The notes: generated from the sequence alone by a model not told the origin. A stretch of DNA of 64,000 nt from an uncultured Methanosarcinaceae archaeon (GCA_963733675.1 CAVTET010000004.1:672001-736000), one strand, 5' to 3'. Positions 11,059-22,821 are shown, numbered from the stretch's first letter. A program made the numbers and translations.

Positions 11059-11130
11059 GCGTTGATAGTCTAGCGGCTATGACTTGGGCCTTCCAAGCCC
11101 AAAACCCGGGTTCGAATCCCGGTCGGCGCA
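11059..11130 (+). tRNA. tRNA-Gly (TCC)
   Basis: Acceptor GCGTTGA/TCGGCGC, anticodon arm TGGGC-CTTCCAA-GCCCA, T-loop GTTCGAATC. Confidence 0.96.
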
Positions 11131-11197
11131 TTCAATACTTTAATGAAAATATAATTTTTTCTTTTCTTATTTAATGTTAAAAAAACCGAACATGATT

Positions 11198-11282
11198 GCG
11201 AGGGTTGCCCAGCTTGGTCAAAGGCGATGGGTTTAGGACCCATTTTCGTAGGAATTCGTGCGTTCGAATCGCACCCCTCGCA
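11198..11282 (+). tRNA. tRNA-Leu (TAG)
   Basis: Acceptor GCGAGGG/CCCTCGC, anticodon arm ATGGG-TTTAGGA-CCCAT, long variable arm, GTTCGAATC, followed by a T-run. Confidence 0.96.
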
Positions 11283-11289
11283 TTTTTTT

Positions 11290-11547
11290 TGAAGATTTTT
11301 TTCTTGTTGTGATACTTTTTATAATCTCCCTTCCTCTGGAAGGAAAGTGTTTTTGTTCAGCATAAAAGAAAAAATGTGAATAATTATCATCAATGCCGAT
11401 TTCATAAAACTCAAAAATAATGCCTGTTATCAATTTCAAAGCTATATATTTCAAATAGTTGATTATATCATTATTCAAATGAAATTTTTTATGAGACTTC
11501 ACGCAAAAAATAATTTGATATCTTATTCTCCGTACACAATGGTTCAT
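11290..11547 (-). pseudogene. IS200/IS605 TnpA relic
   Basis: NHCVRRIRYQIIFCVK, degenerate HUH region EIGIDDNYSHFF, IIKSITTR; truncated at tRNA-Leu. Confidence 0.65.
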
Positions 11548-11698
11548 ATGACTTTGTTCTATTATTATATTGCAAAAATAGCTTAAAATATAAAAAATTA
11601 ATTAATGGCGGTTTTCGAGGAAGTTTCCGTCCCAGCAGCAAGATGTGAGGTATTCTACTGGAATAATTATAATACTTCATCTGTCCTACATAATAGGT

Positions 11699-12745
11699 AT
11701 GCAAGATATCATTTTTATCGATGGAGGGAGCCTTCCGACACCTGACGGTTTTACAAGGGAGTGGGTAAAGGCTGCAGCGAAAAATCGAAATGAAGACGAA
11801 AAACTCTTTTCAATGATAAAGGGAGCTTTCCTTAGGAAAATTGATGTGGGAGTACATGTCCCCACTTATCCCCAGTTCAGGGATAAAATTGGACAGTTCC
11901 TGGATGTAATCAAAGACTTAAAGAACTGCTATGAACCTTATGTATTGAAAGAAAATAATGCAAAAATTTTTGAACTTGAGATAATTGACGAGGTTGCAAA
12001 GCAATACAGGGAAGAGACAGGAAAAACTCTTGAAGCCCGAGTTTGTGTTGCAGGTCCCACAGATCTATATCTTCAGGCATTCGGGACAACGGCTTTTGTT
12101 GACGCGTATCATATCTTGGCACTTGATATTGAGAATTTCATAAAGCAATCTTTCAAAGCCGCGAAGAATTTCAAAATCAAAGTTATAGCCCTGGATGAAC
12201 CCAGCCTTGGAATTAACGATAAGATCCAATTTTCTGACTCTGATATTATTTCTGCTCTCACCCTAGCTTCCACTTATGCTAGGCAACAGGGATCTGATAT
12301 GGAAATTCACCTTCATTCTCCATTAAAGTATAAAATTGTATGTGAGACTCCTATCAATGTTATCGGGTTTGAGTATGCAGCAACTCCTTCTTATATGGAC
12401 ATCCTTAATAGAAAAGTGCTGGAAGATTCAAATACTTATATCAGGCTTGGAATATCGCGAACCGACATTTCAGGCCTTATAGGTATTGTCAATGAAACAT
12501 ATGGAGTTAATGCCTGGAAGGAAAAGGAATACATGCAAAAAATAGTTACTGAATTTGAGACTCCAGATATCATCAAAAAAAGGCTTGAAATGGCTTTTTC
12601 AGTCCTCGGGGACCGCATAAAATATGCAAGTCCAGACTGCGGACTTGCTTTCTGGCCGGATCAAGATCTTGCTTTCAAGTTGCTTGAGAATACCGCAAAA
12701 GGCATCAATGAATTCAATGCCGAGAATAGAGAATTAAGAGAATAA
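11699..12745 (+). CDS. Folate-independent core methionine synthase (MesC-like), paralogue 1
   Basis: MetE catalytic-domain motifs GSLP, TYPQF, LDEPSLG, EIHLHS, SPDCGL; likely start ATG 11699. Confidence 0.8.
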   Translation: MQDIIFIDGGSLPTPDGFTREWVKAAAKNRNEDEKLFSMIKGAFLRKIDVGVHVPTYPQFRDKIGQFLDVIKDLKNCYEPYVLKENNAKIFELEIIDEVAKQYREETGKTLEARVCVAGPTDLYLQAFGTTAFVDAYHILALDIENFIKQSFKAAKNFKIKVIALDEPSLGINDKIQFSDSDIISALTLASTYARQQGSDMEIHLHSPLKYKIVCETPINVIGFEYAATPSYMDILNRKVLEDSNTYIRLGISRTDISGLIGIVNETYGVNAWKEKEYMQKIVTEFETPDIIKKRLEMAFSVLGDRIKYASPDCGLAFWPDQDLAFKLLENTAKGINEFNAENRELRE

Positions 12746-12892
12746 TTCTAATTAATAAATAAATGAACGAATAAGTAAGTTAATAAAAATTTGTTCCGTA
12801 AAAATAAAGTTTTTCAGAGCTTTTGTTCTATTTTTTTTATAAATTTTCTGTCTTTCAATAATGCTAAATTGTCAGAGGTCTACTAAGAAGAT

Positions 12893-13927
12893 ATGGAAGA
12901 AATCATTTACGATGATATCGGAAGCTATCCCCTTCCTGAAGGAGTTAGCAAAGAATGGATCCGAGACGCCTTTAAAACGAGGACAGAAGATGAGATACTT
13001 TTTGAGGTGATCAACGATGCCTTCCAGCAGAAAATAGATGCCGGTGTGGAAGTTTCTACCTATCCGCAGTACCAGGACATGAATGAGCAGTTCTTGAAGG
13101 TTATCTGGGATCCAAATTGCTGCTCCAGTCCCTTTGAGGTGAAACTTGAGTGTGCTAGAATCGAAGAACTTGAGGCTATAGAAAAGGTGGCAAAAGTCTA
13201 TAGGGAAAAGTTTGGGGAGACCTTGAATGTCAGGATCTGTGTAACTGGTCCAACCGAACTTTACCTGAAGAAATTTGGTGGTACTCAGTACACTGACATC
13301 TATTCTCTTCTTGCTAAAAGCGTGAACAATTTCGTCAGAAACTCTATGAGGTTTGCAAAGCACTTTAAGATTACAACTGTTTCTATTGATGAACCAAGCA
13401 TAGGGTTGAACCCTGAGATTGCTTTTGATGAAAATGATATTATTTCTGCATTTAACGATGCCTCTAAGGCAGCTAGTAAGTGGGGAGCTGATGTGGAGAT
13501 TCACCTTCATTCTGCTCTTTATTATAGTTTTGCTTGCGAGGCTTCTACAATCAATGTTATAGGAATAGAATCAGCAGGGACTCCCTCCTACATGGACCTG
13601 ATCGACAAACAGGTACTTGAAGACACTGATTCTTTCCTGAGGCTTGGGATTGCTAGAACTGATATTTATAGCCTAGCTGGAACACTTAATGAAACTTACT
13701 GTACTAATGTCTGGAAAAATCAGCAGTATCTTCCTGAGATCGTTACGAAACTCGAAACCCCAGATGTTATAACAAAGAGGCTCATGCTTGCTTACAGACG
13801 TTTCGGAAACCTGATTAAGTACATCGGTCCTGACTGCGGTTTGGGTTCCTGGCCTAATCAGAAGATGGCTTTTATTTTGTTATCTAATGTAGCGCAGGGT
13901 ATAAAGGATTTCAGGAAATCTCTGTGA
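12893..13927 (+). CDS. Folate-independent core methionine synthase (MesC-like), paralogue 2
   Basis: DDIGSYPLP, TYPQYQDM, IDEPSIG, EIHLHS, GPDCGLGSW. Confidence 0.82.
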   Translation: MEEIIYDDIGSYPLPEGVSKEWIRDAFKTRTEDEILFEVINDAFQQKIDAGVEVSTYPQYQDMNEQFLKVIWDPNCCSSPFEVKLECARIEELEAIEKVAKVYREKFGETLNVRICVTGPTELYLKKFGGTQYTDIYSLLAKSVNNFVRNSMRFAKHFKITTVSIDEPSIGLNPEIAFDENDIISAFNDASKAASKWGADVEIHLHSALYYSFACEASTINVIGIESAGTPSYMDLIDKQVLEDTDSFLRLGIARTDIYSLAGTLNETYCTNVWKNQQYLPEIVTKLETPDVITKRLMLAYRRFGNLIKYIGPDCGLGSWPNQKMAFILLSNVAQGIKDFRKSL

Positions 13928-14304
13928 TCTTCATAATTTTTCTTCCTGGTTATTTTTCTTGTAAGATCTGCACCAGGAAGACAATAGTCTAAATCAATAT
14001 TATATGTTTGATGCCAAAAAAAAGTAGTTAACAAGAACCCTTTTACAGGATTATCAAGTTTTACCTCTCGTTTCAGTAGAATCTGTGCTATAATAGACAA
14101 TTTATTAAAAACAGCCAACAGACTACAAAGCGCAGTGGAAGTAAAGGGGTTATCTTCATTGTTCCTCCTAATTTGACATGAAAGTACATGAGATTGTCTT
14201 TCTCACGACTTTTTCCTTTCCACAATCTGTTTCGTCTTCATATAACTCGTAATTTGTAATTAAATGCCATATTATTGGGCAATTTTCCTTTTTGGAGCTT
14301 GCTG

Positions 14305-14411
14305 CTACCTTCGCAATCTGTTTTAGAATCCACCTAGCTACTTTGATTTTATTTTTGCGACTCTCCCGATGCAAAATTCATAAGCAGATTGGTATATATT
14401 AGAAACAGCTC
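14305..14411. repeat. ~105-bp dispersed repeat, family E
   Basis: Reverse-complement similarity to ~51027-51133 (TTAGAATCCACCT, GATTTTATTTTTG, GCAGATTGGTA, ACAGCT). Confidence 0.75.
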
Positions 14412-14847
14412 TAAGATATTAAGTAAGCTGATATCCTAAATAAAAATCTTTTTAATTCCTATTTTAGCAATTAATATTTTTCAGATAAGGGGCACTTTTA
14501 GCAAGATGAGGTTTAACGGAATAAAATTGCTAAATGAAGAATGCAGTTAAGAGTTAGGCTAATTGAAATGAATGGATCTGCTACTTTGTCAAACGATATA
14601 ATGGTTAGATTTCCATTAGTCTTGGAAAGAAACTCGATGTAAAATCATTCCTAAAAACAATAATAAATTGATTGTGTCCGCAAGTTGCTGAAAACAGTGA
14701 GCACATGAATTTCTCTGTTTTTCCTCAAATACAGGGTTATTACTCGTTTTTTGAAATTAATCAATAAACTTTGATACTCCAAAAGAAGCTTTGAAAAAAA
14801 AGATTATGAAAAAAAAGATTATGAAAAAAAGTCGGTAAAAAAATTAG

Positions 14848-14921
14848 CGGGCTCGAAGGGATTTGAACCCCCGACCTATGGATTAAGAGTCCATCGCTCT
14901 GCCTGACTAAGCTACGAGCCC
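14848..14921 (-). tRNA. tRNA-Lys (CTT)
   Basis: Minus strand GGGCTCG...ATGGA-CTCTTAA-TCCAT...GTTCAAATC...CGAGCCCG. Confidence 0.96.
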
Positions 14922-14994
14922 AATTATTATTATTCTCATTGAATGAGCGAACCTCACAATGCATTTTTAAATATTTATAGGTTTCGGGATAAGT

Positions 14995-15042
14995 GGCTTT
15001 GCACTTAAAGTCCCATTTTTACCGGCCTTTAGGTGCAAAGCC
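14995..15042. mobile_element. 48-bp micro-MITE with 9-bp target duplication
   Basis: IRs GGCTTTGCACTTAAAG / CTTTAGGTGCAAAGCC (15/16); GGGATAAGT at 14986-14994 and 15043-15051. Confidence 0.85.
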
Positions 15043-15109
15043 GGGATAAGTATAATCTCTGTAAATCTTTCATAGGATTTTTTTCTCGTAATTTGAGAGA
15101 ATCTTTTCT

Positions 15110-15257
15110 GGTTCTGTTGCAAAAATAATTTTACTGCCTTTTTAGGCTATAATTATTGTTTTTTGTATCATTATCGACCTGTTTATGGATATAAATACCC
15201 CATTTGTGATGTTTTTAATTGGTTTTGTAAAATAACCAGATTTTTTACAACGGAACC
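15110..15257 (-). mobile_element. 148-bp IS6-type MITE, family A1 (inverted copy)
   Basis: IS6 IRs at both ends; near-identical to 16509-16656 and 60660-60807. Confidence 0.92.
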
Positions 15258-15385
15258 AGAAAAAGAGTCGGTTAAGCATTAAACTACTATAAGAGAATAT
15301 AGTAAATCTTTTGTACTATTGGAAGACTATCAAAAGTAACAATTGTTAATTTATACTTTTTGTGAAATTCAAGTCTATCATTTAT

Positions 15386-15502
15386 AGGACTTATGCACTT
15401 GAGGTATAAAATTATGTGCAATAGAAGTTGTAGATTGGACTTTGATTTTAAAAAGTACAAGGTTTAATGCAATTGAATTAAAAAATCAATTGCATAAAGC
15501 CT
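15386..15502. mobile_element. ~117-bp MITE, family D (degenerate)
   Basis: Ends AGGACTTATGCACTTGA / TCAATTGCATAAAGCCT; compare 38883-38999. Confidence 0.6.
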
Positions 15503-15566
15503 AATATTATTATATCTCTAACTGTGATGTAAATTTCAAAACCTAGAGATTTTATGAGAGATTAAG

Positions 15567-16346
15567 ATGGAACTCGACGAAGTCATAATCACACGGGCAA
15601 TTTTTGATGAGTATTCTAAAACCTTCCTCGACTACATAGATATTGATGTGGCACTTGTAGGAGGAGGGCCTGCAAATCTGGTGGCTGCAAAGTATTTAGC
15701 AGAGGAGGGGGTAAAAGTCGCCATTTATGAAAAGAAGGTATCTCTTGGAGGTGGCATGTGGGCTGGTGGTATGATGTTCCCGCGCATAGTTGTGCAGGAA
15801 GAGGCTCTCAGTATCCTAGATGACTTTGGAATTAGATATAAGGAATACCAGCCAGGGTATTATGTGGCAAACTCAGTTGAATCTGTTGGGAAGCTAATTG
15901 CAGGTGCAACTTCAGCAGGGGCTGAGGTCTTTAACCTTGTGAATTTTGAAGACGTTATAATTCGGGAAAATGACAAGATTACTGGCATAGTGATCAATTG
16001 GGGACCTGTTGCAGAACAACGCCTGCATGTAGACCCTCTCATGATCAGCACAAAACTCGTAATTGACGGAACAGGGCACGATGCGGCTGTCTGCAACACG
16101 ATTCTCCGAAAAATACCAAACGCAAAGATCGGGAAATTAGGAGTTCTAGGGGAGAAACCCATGTGGTCAGAGGTTGGCGAGCGTCTTACTGTTGACGCAA
16201 CGCAGGAGATCTACCCGGGTTTGATTGTTGCGGGAATGGCTGCGAATGCAGCAACCCATGCTCCAAGAATGGGGCCTATCTTCGGGGGGATGCTCCTTTC
16301 AGGTAAAAAGGCTGCAGACATTGCTCTTGATAGGCTTATTTGGTGA
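15567..16346 (+). CDS. thi4: Sulfide-dependent thiazole synthase Thi4
   Basis: GGGPAN, GGGMWAGGMMF, LHVDP (His in place of the sacrificial Cys), DGTGHD, PRMGPIFGGMLLSG. Confidence 0.95.
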   Translation: MELDEVIITRAIFDEYSKTFLDYIDIDVALVGGGPANLVAAKYLAEEGVKVAIYEKKVSLGGGMWAGGMMFPRIVVQEEALSILDDFGIRYKEYQPGYYVANSVESVGKLIAGATSAGAEVFNLVNFEDVIIRENDKITGIVINWGPVAEQRLHVDPLMISTKLVIDGTGHDAAVCNTILRKIPNAKIGKLGVLGEKPMWSEVGERLTVDATQEIYPGLIVAGMAANAATHAPRMGPIFGGMLLSGKKAADIALDRLIW

Positions 16347-16508
16347 TGCAAGGTCATTCACCAGGTTTTTCAAAAAGGGCAGGATACTTATTTTTTGATG
16401 GCATGAAAAGCTCTTCGTCTAATTTTGTAGTATAAAGTGTTTTCACTCTTGAAAGCTGGTAAAATGATAAATTCTGGACTCCTTCAAGGTTAGCTCCTTC
16501 AATATTAG

Positions 16509-16656
16509 GGTTCCGTTGCAAAAAATCTGGCTATTTTACAAAACCAATTAAAAACATCACAAATGGGGTATTTATATCCATAAACAGGTCGATAATGATA
16601 CAAAAAACAATAATTATAGCCTAAAAAGGCAGTAAAATTATTTTTGCAACAGAACC
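16509..16656 (+). mobile_element. 148-bp IS6-type MITE, family A1
   Basis: GGTTCCGTTGCAAAAA ... TTTTTGCAACAGAACC. Confidence 0.92.
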
Positions 16657-16775
16657 CGAAATAGAGCAGTGTTACGACTTTGCTGTAACTTTAAAGTTAA
16701 GTTTTTTGTATAATGTATGTTTTAAATATATAAAATTTTCAATTTATTAAAGAATATAGTAAAAGGGATACTTGA

Positions 16776-17402
16776 ATGAAAGAGAATTCACAAATTATAA
16801 TTACAATTAGCCGCCAGCTAGGAAGTGGGGGAGCGTACATAGGGCAGCAACTGGCAAAAAAATTGAATATTTCTTATTTGGATCACGAAATCATTAGACT
16901 GGCTGCTAAAAAGCTCTCAGTATTGGAAGATGAGTTGGAACCACATGATGAAAGAATACTGTCTTTTTGGGAATCCTTTTTTCAATCAAAAGGATATATT
17001 GGCCCTGATGTGTATATACCACCACACATTTTTGTTCCAACAGACAGGGAGCTTTTTGAAGCCGAAGCAGAAATAATAAAACGCATTGCTAATGATCGTT
17101 CAGCGGTAATTATCGGGAGATGTGGCTCTTATATCTTGCATGCCTGCCCGAATCATACCAGCATATTTTTACATGCGGATATTGAGTTCCGTAAGGGACG
17201 TATTGAAAAGTTATATAATGTTTCGAAGGAAGCTTCCAGTAAAAGGATTGCTGAAAGCGATAGTGAAAGATCTCGTTATCACTATAAGCTTACTGGACAG
17301 GAATGGACTGATGCAAGGCAGTATGACCTTTCAATAGATACAAGTAAAACAGGAGTAGATAATAGTGTGCAACTTATTTTGCAATACCTTGAATTAATTT
17401 AA
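16776..17402 (+). CDS. Cytidylate kinase-like family protein
   Basis: ITISRQLGSGG, VIIGRCG, YDLSIDTS. Confidence 0.88.
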   Translation: MKENSQIIITISRQLGSGGAYIGQQLAKKLNISYLDHEIIRLAAKKLSVLEDELEPHDERILSFWESFFQSKGYIGPDVYIPPHIFVPTDRELFEAEAEIIKRIANDRSAVIIGRCGSYILHACPNHTSIFLHADIEFRKGRIEKLYNVSKEASSKRIAESDSERSRYHYKLTGQEWTDARQYDLSIDTSKTGVDNSVQLILQYLELI

Positions 17403-18013
17403 TAGATATACCAATTCTGTTTTTAGTGTCTCAAAAAAGAGACTTTTTATTATTTTCTGGTCTTTTTTTTTCGGTAGTATAGTAAAAGTCCTGTAAAATC
17501 ACTAGCTCCAAAAAACTTATTTTATAGAAAACTCGATAAACTGCTAAAAAATAAAGAATAGCTACGTTTGATTATTCACTTTTTGAAATACGAGATTTCA
17601 GACGAATACAAAATGAGAGATATTCAAAATCCCAGGCAAGTAAAGAAGGCAGTAATTGAAAAAGCACAATAAAATGCGTAAAATCACAAATAATTTAGCA
17701 GGAACTTTGCCAGTTTGGTATAAACTAAACGACTACCGGGGTGGTTACAATCCTGGATGGGGTGATGGCTACAAATAGGCTATTCAAATAAGAATGCACA
17801 TGTTTTACCACAAAAACTATGCATAGAATTAGAAGATACAAAAAATAATGCAATATCCATTACCTTAATGGATATCATTATTGCCCTGGAAAATTAGGTA
17901 ACCTACCTTTTTAAATTATGCATGGAGATTATATTTATCAACATGAAGTTAACAATAATAAAATATTGTTTGTGTAGTTAGTGAGATAACTAACCCGATG
18001 CTTTTATGATTGT

Positions 18014-18800
18014 TCATTCGTTAAACTTTTTGTAAAGATAGCGTGTGGTAATTTGGAAAATTAGAATGAAGATCATCAGCATTACAACATCCAACAGCGG
18101 TGGTAAAAGCGATTTACCAGTATACGCATATTCGATCACATCATTTCCATAAGTAAATGGTGATATAAGTGCTATCTTCTGACCTATCTTAGGCGTAACG
18201 GATATAGGAACAAAAATACCCGAGATAAAGATAAGTGGTAGCCGCACTGTATTGAGCATAGACATAACCTCACCCGCAGTCTCGATGGGGTACGCAGCAA
18301 ATAGTGTCCCAAGCGTAGCAAAACAGAATGCAATGAGGATCATGGAGATCACAAGAACAGGCATATACAAAGGAGGGCGATCGAGATAAGTCCTGGAATT
18401 AGGGTGCCTGGAGAGGTGGTCTTTCCAATAGGCAAAAACTAGGAACATCAAAAGCGGGAAAAAGATTCCGGAAACAATGCTATTTGGCTTGAGGTAGTAG
18501 ATCAACATGTCCTTTTTGGCGATTGCCCACGCAGCAAATATCCCACAGGAAAGATGTTTTCCCCATCCCTTATTATTAATCGATGGCATGGATTCCATCG
18601 CCTACCCACTGTAGACCAGTCAACTTTAGAAATACATCCTCGATGCTCTTGTTTCTGAATATATCCCTTATACCCAGAGGATGTTCTTTTTATTACTCTT
18701 TTCATTACTGCATTATAACCTTTTGATTTTGTTCTGAAAGCTGACCCAAAAAATATAGCCATATACTATCACCTATGGAAATCTATTCGAAGGCTTAGGA
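18014..18800 (-). pseudogene. ABC-2 type permease pseudogene with upstream remnant
   Basis: AWAIAKKDMLIYYLKP, RLPLIFISGIFVPI, ISPFTY; internal deletion/frameshift; upstream boundary approximate. Confidence 0.65.
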
Positions 18801-18967
18801 CTGGGTGTCTATAATTCCACTACGGCAATAATTTTGGAAGTATTTGGTTTAAAAATGTAAACATCAGTAAGCATGCGCTTGCTTAAAGATGTGCATCAAA
18901 AAGTTGAATGGCAGATTACTGACAAACTTCGCCTTCGTTAGACGGGTAAATGTATTAAAGTACCTGA

Positions 18968-19892
18968 TTATTCGACAACCGCACATGCAAAATGCCCATG
19001 CTCATAATGTCCATACTTTCGTTCTTGTAAGTAACGCCCTTCGATGTCTGTTGGACTCAGGTCCTCATATAGTTGGAATCCTAAACTTGCGAGCTCTTCG
19101 GCCAAGTTTGAAGGATTGAAGCCTCTACTTTTTATTGGTTCACCTATTTTACTCAAATACTCAAATAGCTCTCGCATTTGTGGAGACATTTTTTCGGGGA
19201 TAAATGCAGCGGTACCTATATAATCGAAAACTAAAGTGCTGCCAGCAGGAGCAAGGTCAGAGATGAAACGCAGTGTCGCCAATACATCTTTTTGGGGCAA
19301 GTACGGGATGACACCGAACCAGCTGAAGAAACTTTTAATTTTTGGGTCATAATATACTGAGCGAGTGAGTGCTGTTACTAAATTTTCCTTTGTGAAATCT
19401 ACAGAAATGAAGTGTAATTTTGCTGGATGTTTCCATCCCAACTCGGTAAGGCGATGGAGCTTAAATTCTTGAGTAGCTGGACGGTCAACCTCAAAAACTT
19501 CCAACTCTTCTAACATTTCAGGACGCTGAAACGCAAATGTATCCATTCCTGCCCCAAGAATTACATACTGCTTAACTCCTTGCCTAAAAGCTTCCTCCAA
19601 GGTATCTTCCGTATATCGAGCACGACTGATAACATTATTAATTGCTTGTATTAAGGACTCTGAGGTAGTAATTCTATCATAGAGCGATGCAGTTATTTTC
19701 AGTATCATTTAATTGTTGATCCCAGGTCACATATTGTTCAATTAAATGTTGTTCAATTAGTGCTCGTTTTTCCTCTGGTATCAAATCATAGGCCAAAAAG
19801 TCATCAAAGATTTTTGGAGTATCATACATGGAATGGTAGGCACGCATATAGGCCAGTGACATTGCAGTAAAGCTAGCCTGGTTTTCTTTCAT
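18968..19892 (-). pseudogene. LCM-like SAM-dependent methyltransferase, frameshifted
   Basis: N part SFTAMSLAYMRAYH/IFDD and C part SRARYTED, QYVILGAGMDT, FEVD in different frames near 19700. Confidence 0.85.
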
Positions 19893-20069
19893 CTAATTAT
19901 CTCCTTTTTTATTGTACTTTCTCAAAATCAAGAAGTTAATATTTGAAGAAAGTACCAGGCTGCATTGAAGCTGATTTATTGCAACACTGCCAATCGGTAC
20001 TCATCAACTGATATTGTCTAGAATATCAATTATCAAGTCTATCCCCTCTTTTCTTTTCCTTCAAGATCA

Positions 20070-21830
20070 CTTTTGCTAGCATCTTTAATCGGAAAATGTG
20101 TTTCGTGCACGTACCGTTGGCCCCTCATAGCAGACAATACCGCAGCTGTGCCTGAGAGTACCGCCCCAATTCTAAACGCAAGCTGCAGCGCTGGCATAAA
20201 AGCCTGCTGCAATGTCCGTGGAAACCAGTATCTGCTTGTAAGGGTGGGTGGTCACTATCTGTTGCGGTATCGCGCTGACAATATGTTGATCCATGGGGCT
20301 CAAGATCGAGCCCATCGGATTATACCCTAAGAAAGCAGAGAACAGCGCATTGGTCGGTGACATGCTGGCTAGCCGGTCTGCGAGTTGTTGCATAGTGGGG
20401 TTAATCTGTAAGGATCCTAGGCTAGCAAAATAGTCGTGTATCGCTCCTGGAAAAGCTCCCTTGATGCCTACGATAACGATGGTGAAAAACACAGCCATAC
20501 TTACAGTATTAGCCGAACTTGTCAGTGTGAACATCGTACCAGATGCTACGCCCCGATCTTGAGGGGGTACTGAGTTCATGACTGAAGAGCTATTAGGGGA
20601 GCTAAACATGCCATTACCAGCACCCATCAGGAAAATCAGGATGCCCAGTTCCCAATAATCGAAATTATAGGGAAGCATTGAGAGCCCAATGAAGACCAAG
20701 GTCACGAGAGTCATCCCAAAGGTAGCGATCCATCGAGGCCCATACTTGTCCGAGAGTATCCCGGAAATAGGTCCCATAACGACAAAGCCAAGAGTCATGG
20801 GGAGCAGGTAGATACCTGCCCAAAAGGGTGTATCCTCGAAGCGATAACCATGAAGCGGCAACTAGATGCCCTGCAGCAACATGATAAGCATAAACATGAC
20901 ACACCCTCGCGAAATAGCTGCTGTGAAGCTGGCGAGATTGGCGTAGGTGAAAGCCCGGATTCTGAAGAACTCCAGCCGGAACATAGGGTTATTCACCTTG
21001 CTTTCTATAAATTAAAAGATGATCAACAGCGATATACCAACAATTATTGCTCTAATTACCCAGGGGTTTCCCCAGCCCATAGCATCGGTGATGCTATCAT
21101 GTTTGTAAGGCATCAGGGCATAGGTTACACCTACAAGCAAAGATGTCAGCCCACCGATGAAGACTAAATTACCCAAGAAATCGATACTTGTTTTTGGTGC
21201 ACGGAAAGAAACCTCCGTCATCTTCCAATAAGACCATATTGTCCCAAATATAGCAAAGGGAACGCTGACTAAAAACACATAGCTCCAATTGTATACAGCT
21301 AGTATTCCACCCAGCAATAAGCCAATGAACTGGCCAGACATGAAGGCAACCATATTTATGCCGAGGGCCTTTCCCCTCTCATTAGCCGGAAATGCGTCTG
21401 TGATGATGGCTGCACCGTTTGACATGGTGAATGCACTACCCCCACAGCCTATATGAACCGGAAAAGAATTAGCTCTAGTGCACCCGTGTTACCGGTGCTC
21501 AGAGTAAGGTAAAGTAGAGTTGATCCAATGGCAAATATCAGAAAACCCAACCTAAAGAGTTTCATCCGACCGTACATGTCCGCAAGTCGCCCGAAACTGA
21601 GGAGCAGCGTTGCAGTTACCAAACCATAGCCCATCAATATCCACAACAGATACTGAAATACATCAGGAGCCATAGGGTTAATCTGTATGCCCTTGAATAT
21701 CGTAGGCAACGCGATCAGAACAATGCTGTTGTCAGTTGACCCCATCAAAGTTGCTAAGGTCACATTGAACAGTGCAATCCACTTGTATTCAACGCCTTTC
21801 CCTAATCTGCCAGCGATCACTTTGTCTGTC
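20070..21830 (-). pseudogene. DHA2-type MFS efflux transporter pseudogene
   Basis: Three fragments (21449-21967, 21012-21425, 20172-20861): [33 protein letters not shown]. Confidence 0.88.
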
Positions 21831-21908
21831 ATATTACTGTTTTCGTTCAACCTGTTACCTTCTATTATCATCCGTTTGTAGAGTCTGAGAATTGCCATTG
21901 TGTGTTTT

Positions 21909-22301
21909 TTAAGGCTGCTGATCAAAGCGGATATTACTAACTTCATCATCAGTATCACTACTGCCATTACCTTCAGTCACAATATCGATGATCTGGGACA
22001 TTTCATCCAGGAGCTCCAATCTCTTTTGTGTCATGTGGTCCAGCGCCACTATTCCCTTAGAGGTGATTGAATAAACCTTCCTGCGACGCTCCTCCACCTC
22101 TTTGCTATGGATTAAGTCGTTTGACTCTAGACTCTCCAGTATTGGGTAAATCGAACCTGTACTTGGGGCCCAGAACCCTTTCGATCGGAACTTGATGGTC
22201 TTGATTATACCATAGCCATGGGTTGGCTTATCCTTAATAATCTTCAGAACGATATACTTGAGAAAAACTCGCCTGATCTCTGTACACATTTTGTTTTCCA
22301 T
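21909..22301 (-). CDS. PadR-family transcriptional regulator
   Basis: [33 protein letters not shown]; upstream of MFS. Confidence 0.9.
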   Translation of the reverse strand: MENKMCTEIRRVFLKYIVLKIIKDKPTHGYGIIKTIKFRSKGFWAPSTGSIYPILESLESNDLIHSKEVEERRRKVYSITSKGIVALDHMTQKRLELLDEMSQIIDIVTEGNGSSDTDDEVSNIRFDQQP

Positions 22302-22671
22302 AATTCGAGCCTCAACATCTCGAAAGATGATATATCAAACCATGACATAACAAGAGATGATGTATTTATAGATTTGTAGTCAATTGATACATCAACAAGC
22401 ATGAAAGCTCGCAGAATATGACAAATTATGGAGAATATCGAGGTGGATTAAACTTATGCATTATTGGATTAAATTTATGAATAATTATTTTTATGTGTGA
22501 AGGATTCAGCACAGAAGTTCGCCTTAGTCATTGTTTTAGTAGCTTTTGCTCTTCGAAAATCCCTGATGCCTACGGTTTACACTTAATTGGAGCTTACGAA
22601 GTTAAAGGATAAAATAAAATCCTGTAACCTCTCCATAATTATTGATATTTAAACGATTAAGTGCTTATTGA

Positions 22672-22821
22672 GGTTCCGTTGCAAAAAATCTGGCTCCCTT
22701 GCAAAATCAGAAAAAACCTTCACAATTAGGATATTTATATTCCATAAACAGGTCAATAATGATACCAAAAAGCAATAGTTATAGCCTAAAAAGGCAGTAA
22801 AATTATTTTTGCAACGGAACC
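22672..22821 (+). mobile_element. 150-bp IS6-type MITE (A1 variant) with intact 8-bp target duplication
   Basis: IS6 IRs; CTTATTGA at 22664-22671 and 22822-22829. Confidence 0.93.

Noticed and set aside
14761-14964. 67-aa ORF with FFHNL repeats
   Set aside because: Overlaps tRNA-Lys and a short T-rich tandem repeat, probably its terminator region
15260-15566. TPP riboswitch upstream of thi4
   Set aside because: No TPP aptamer core; region is AT-rich and occupied by a MITE
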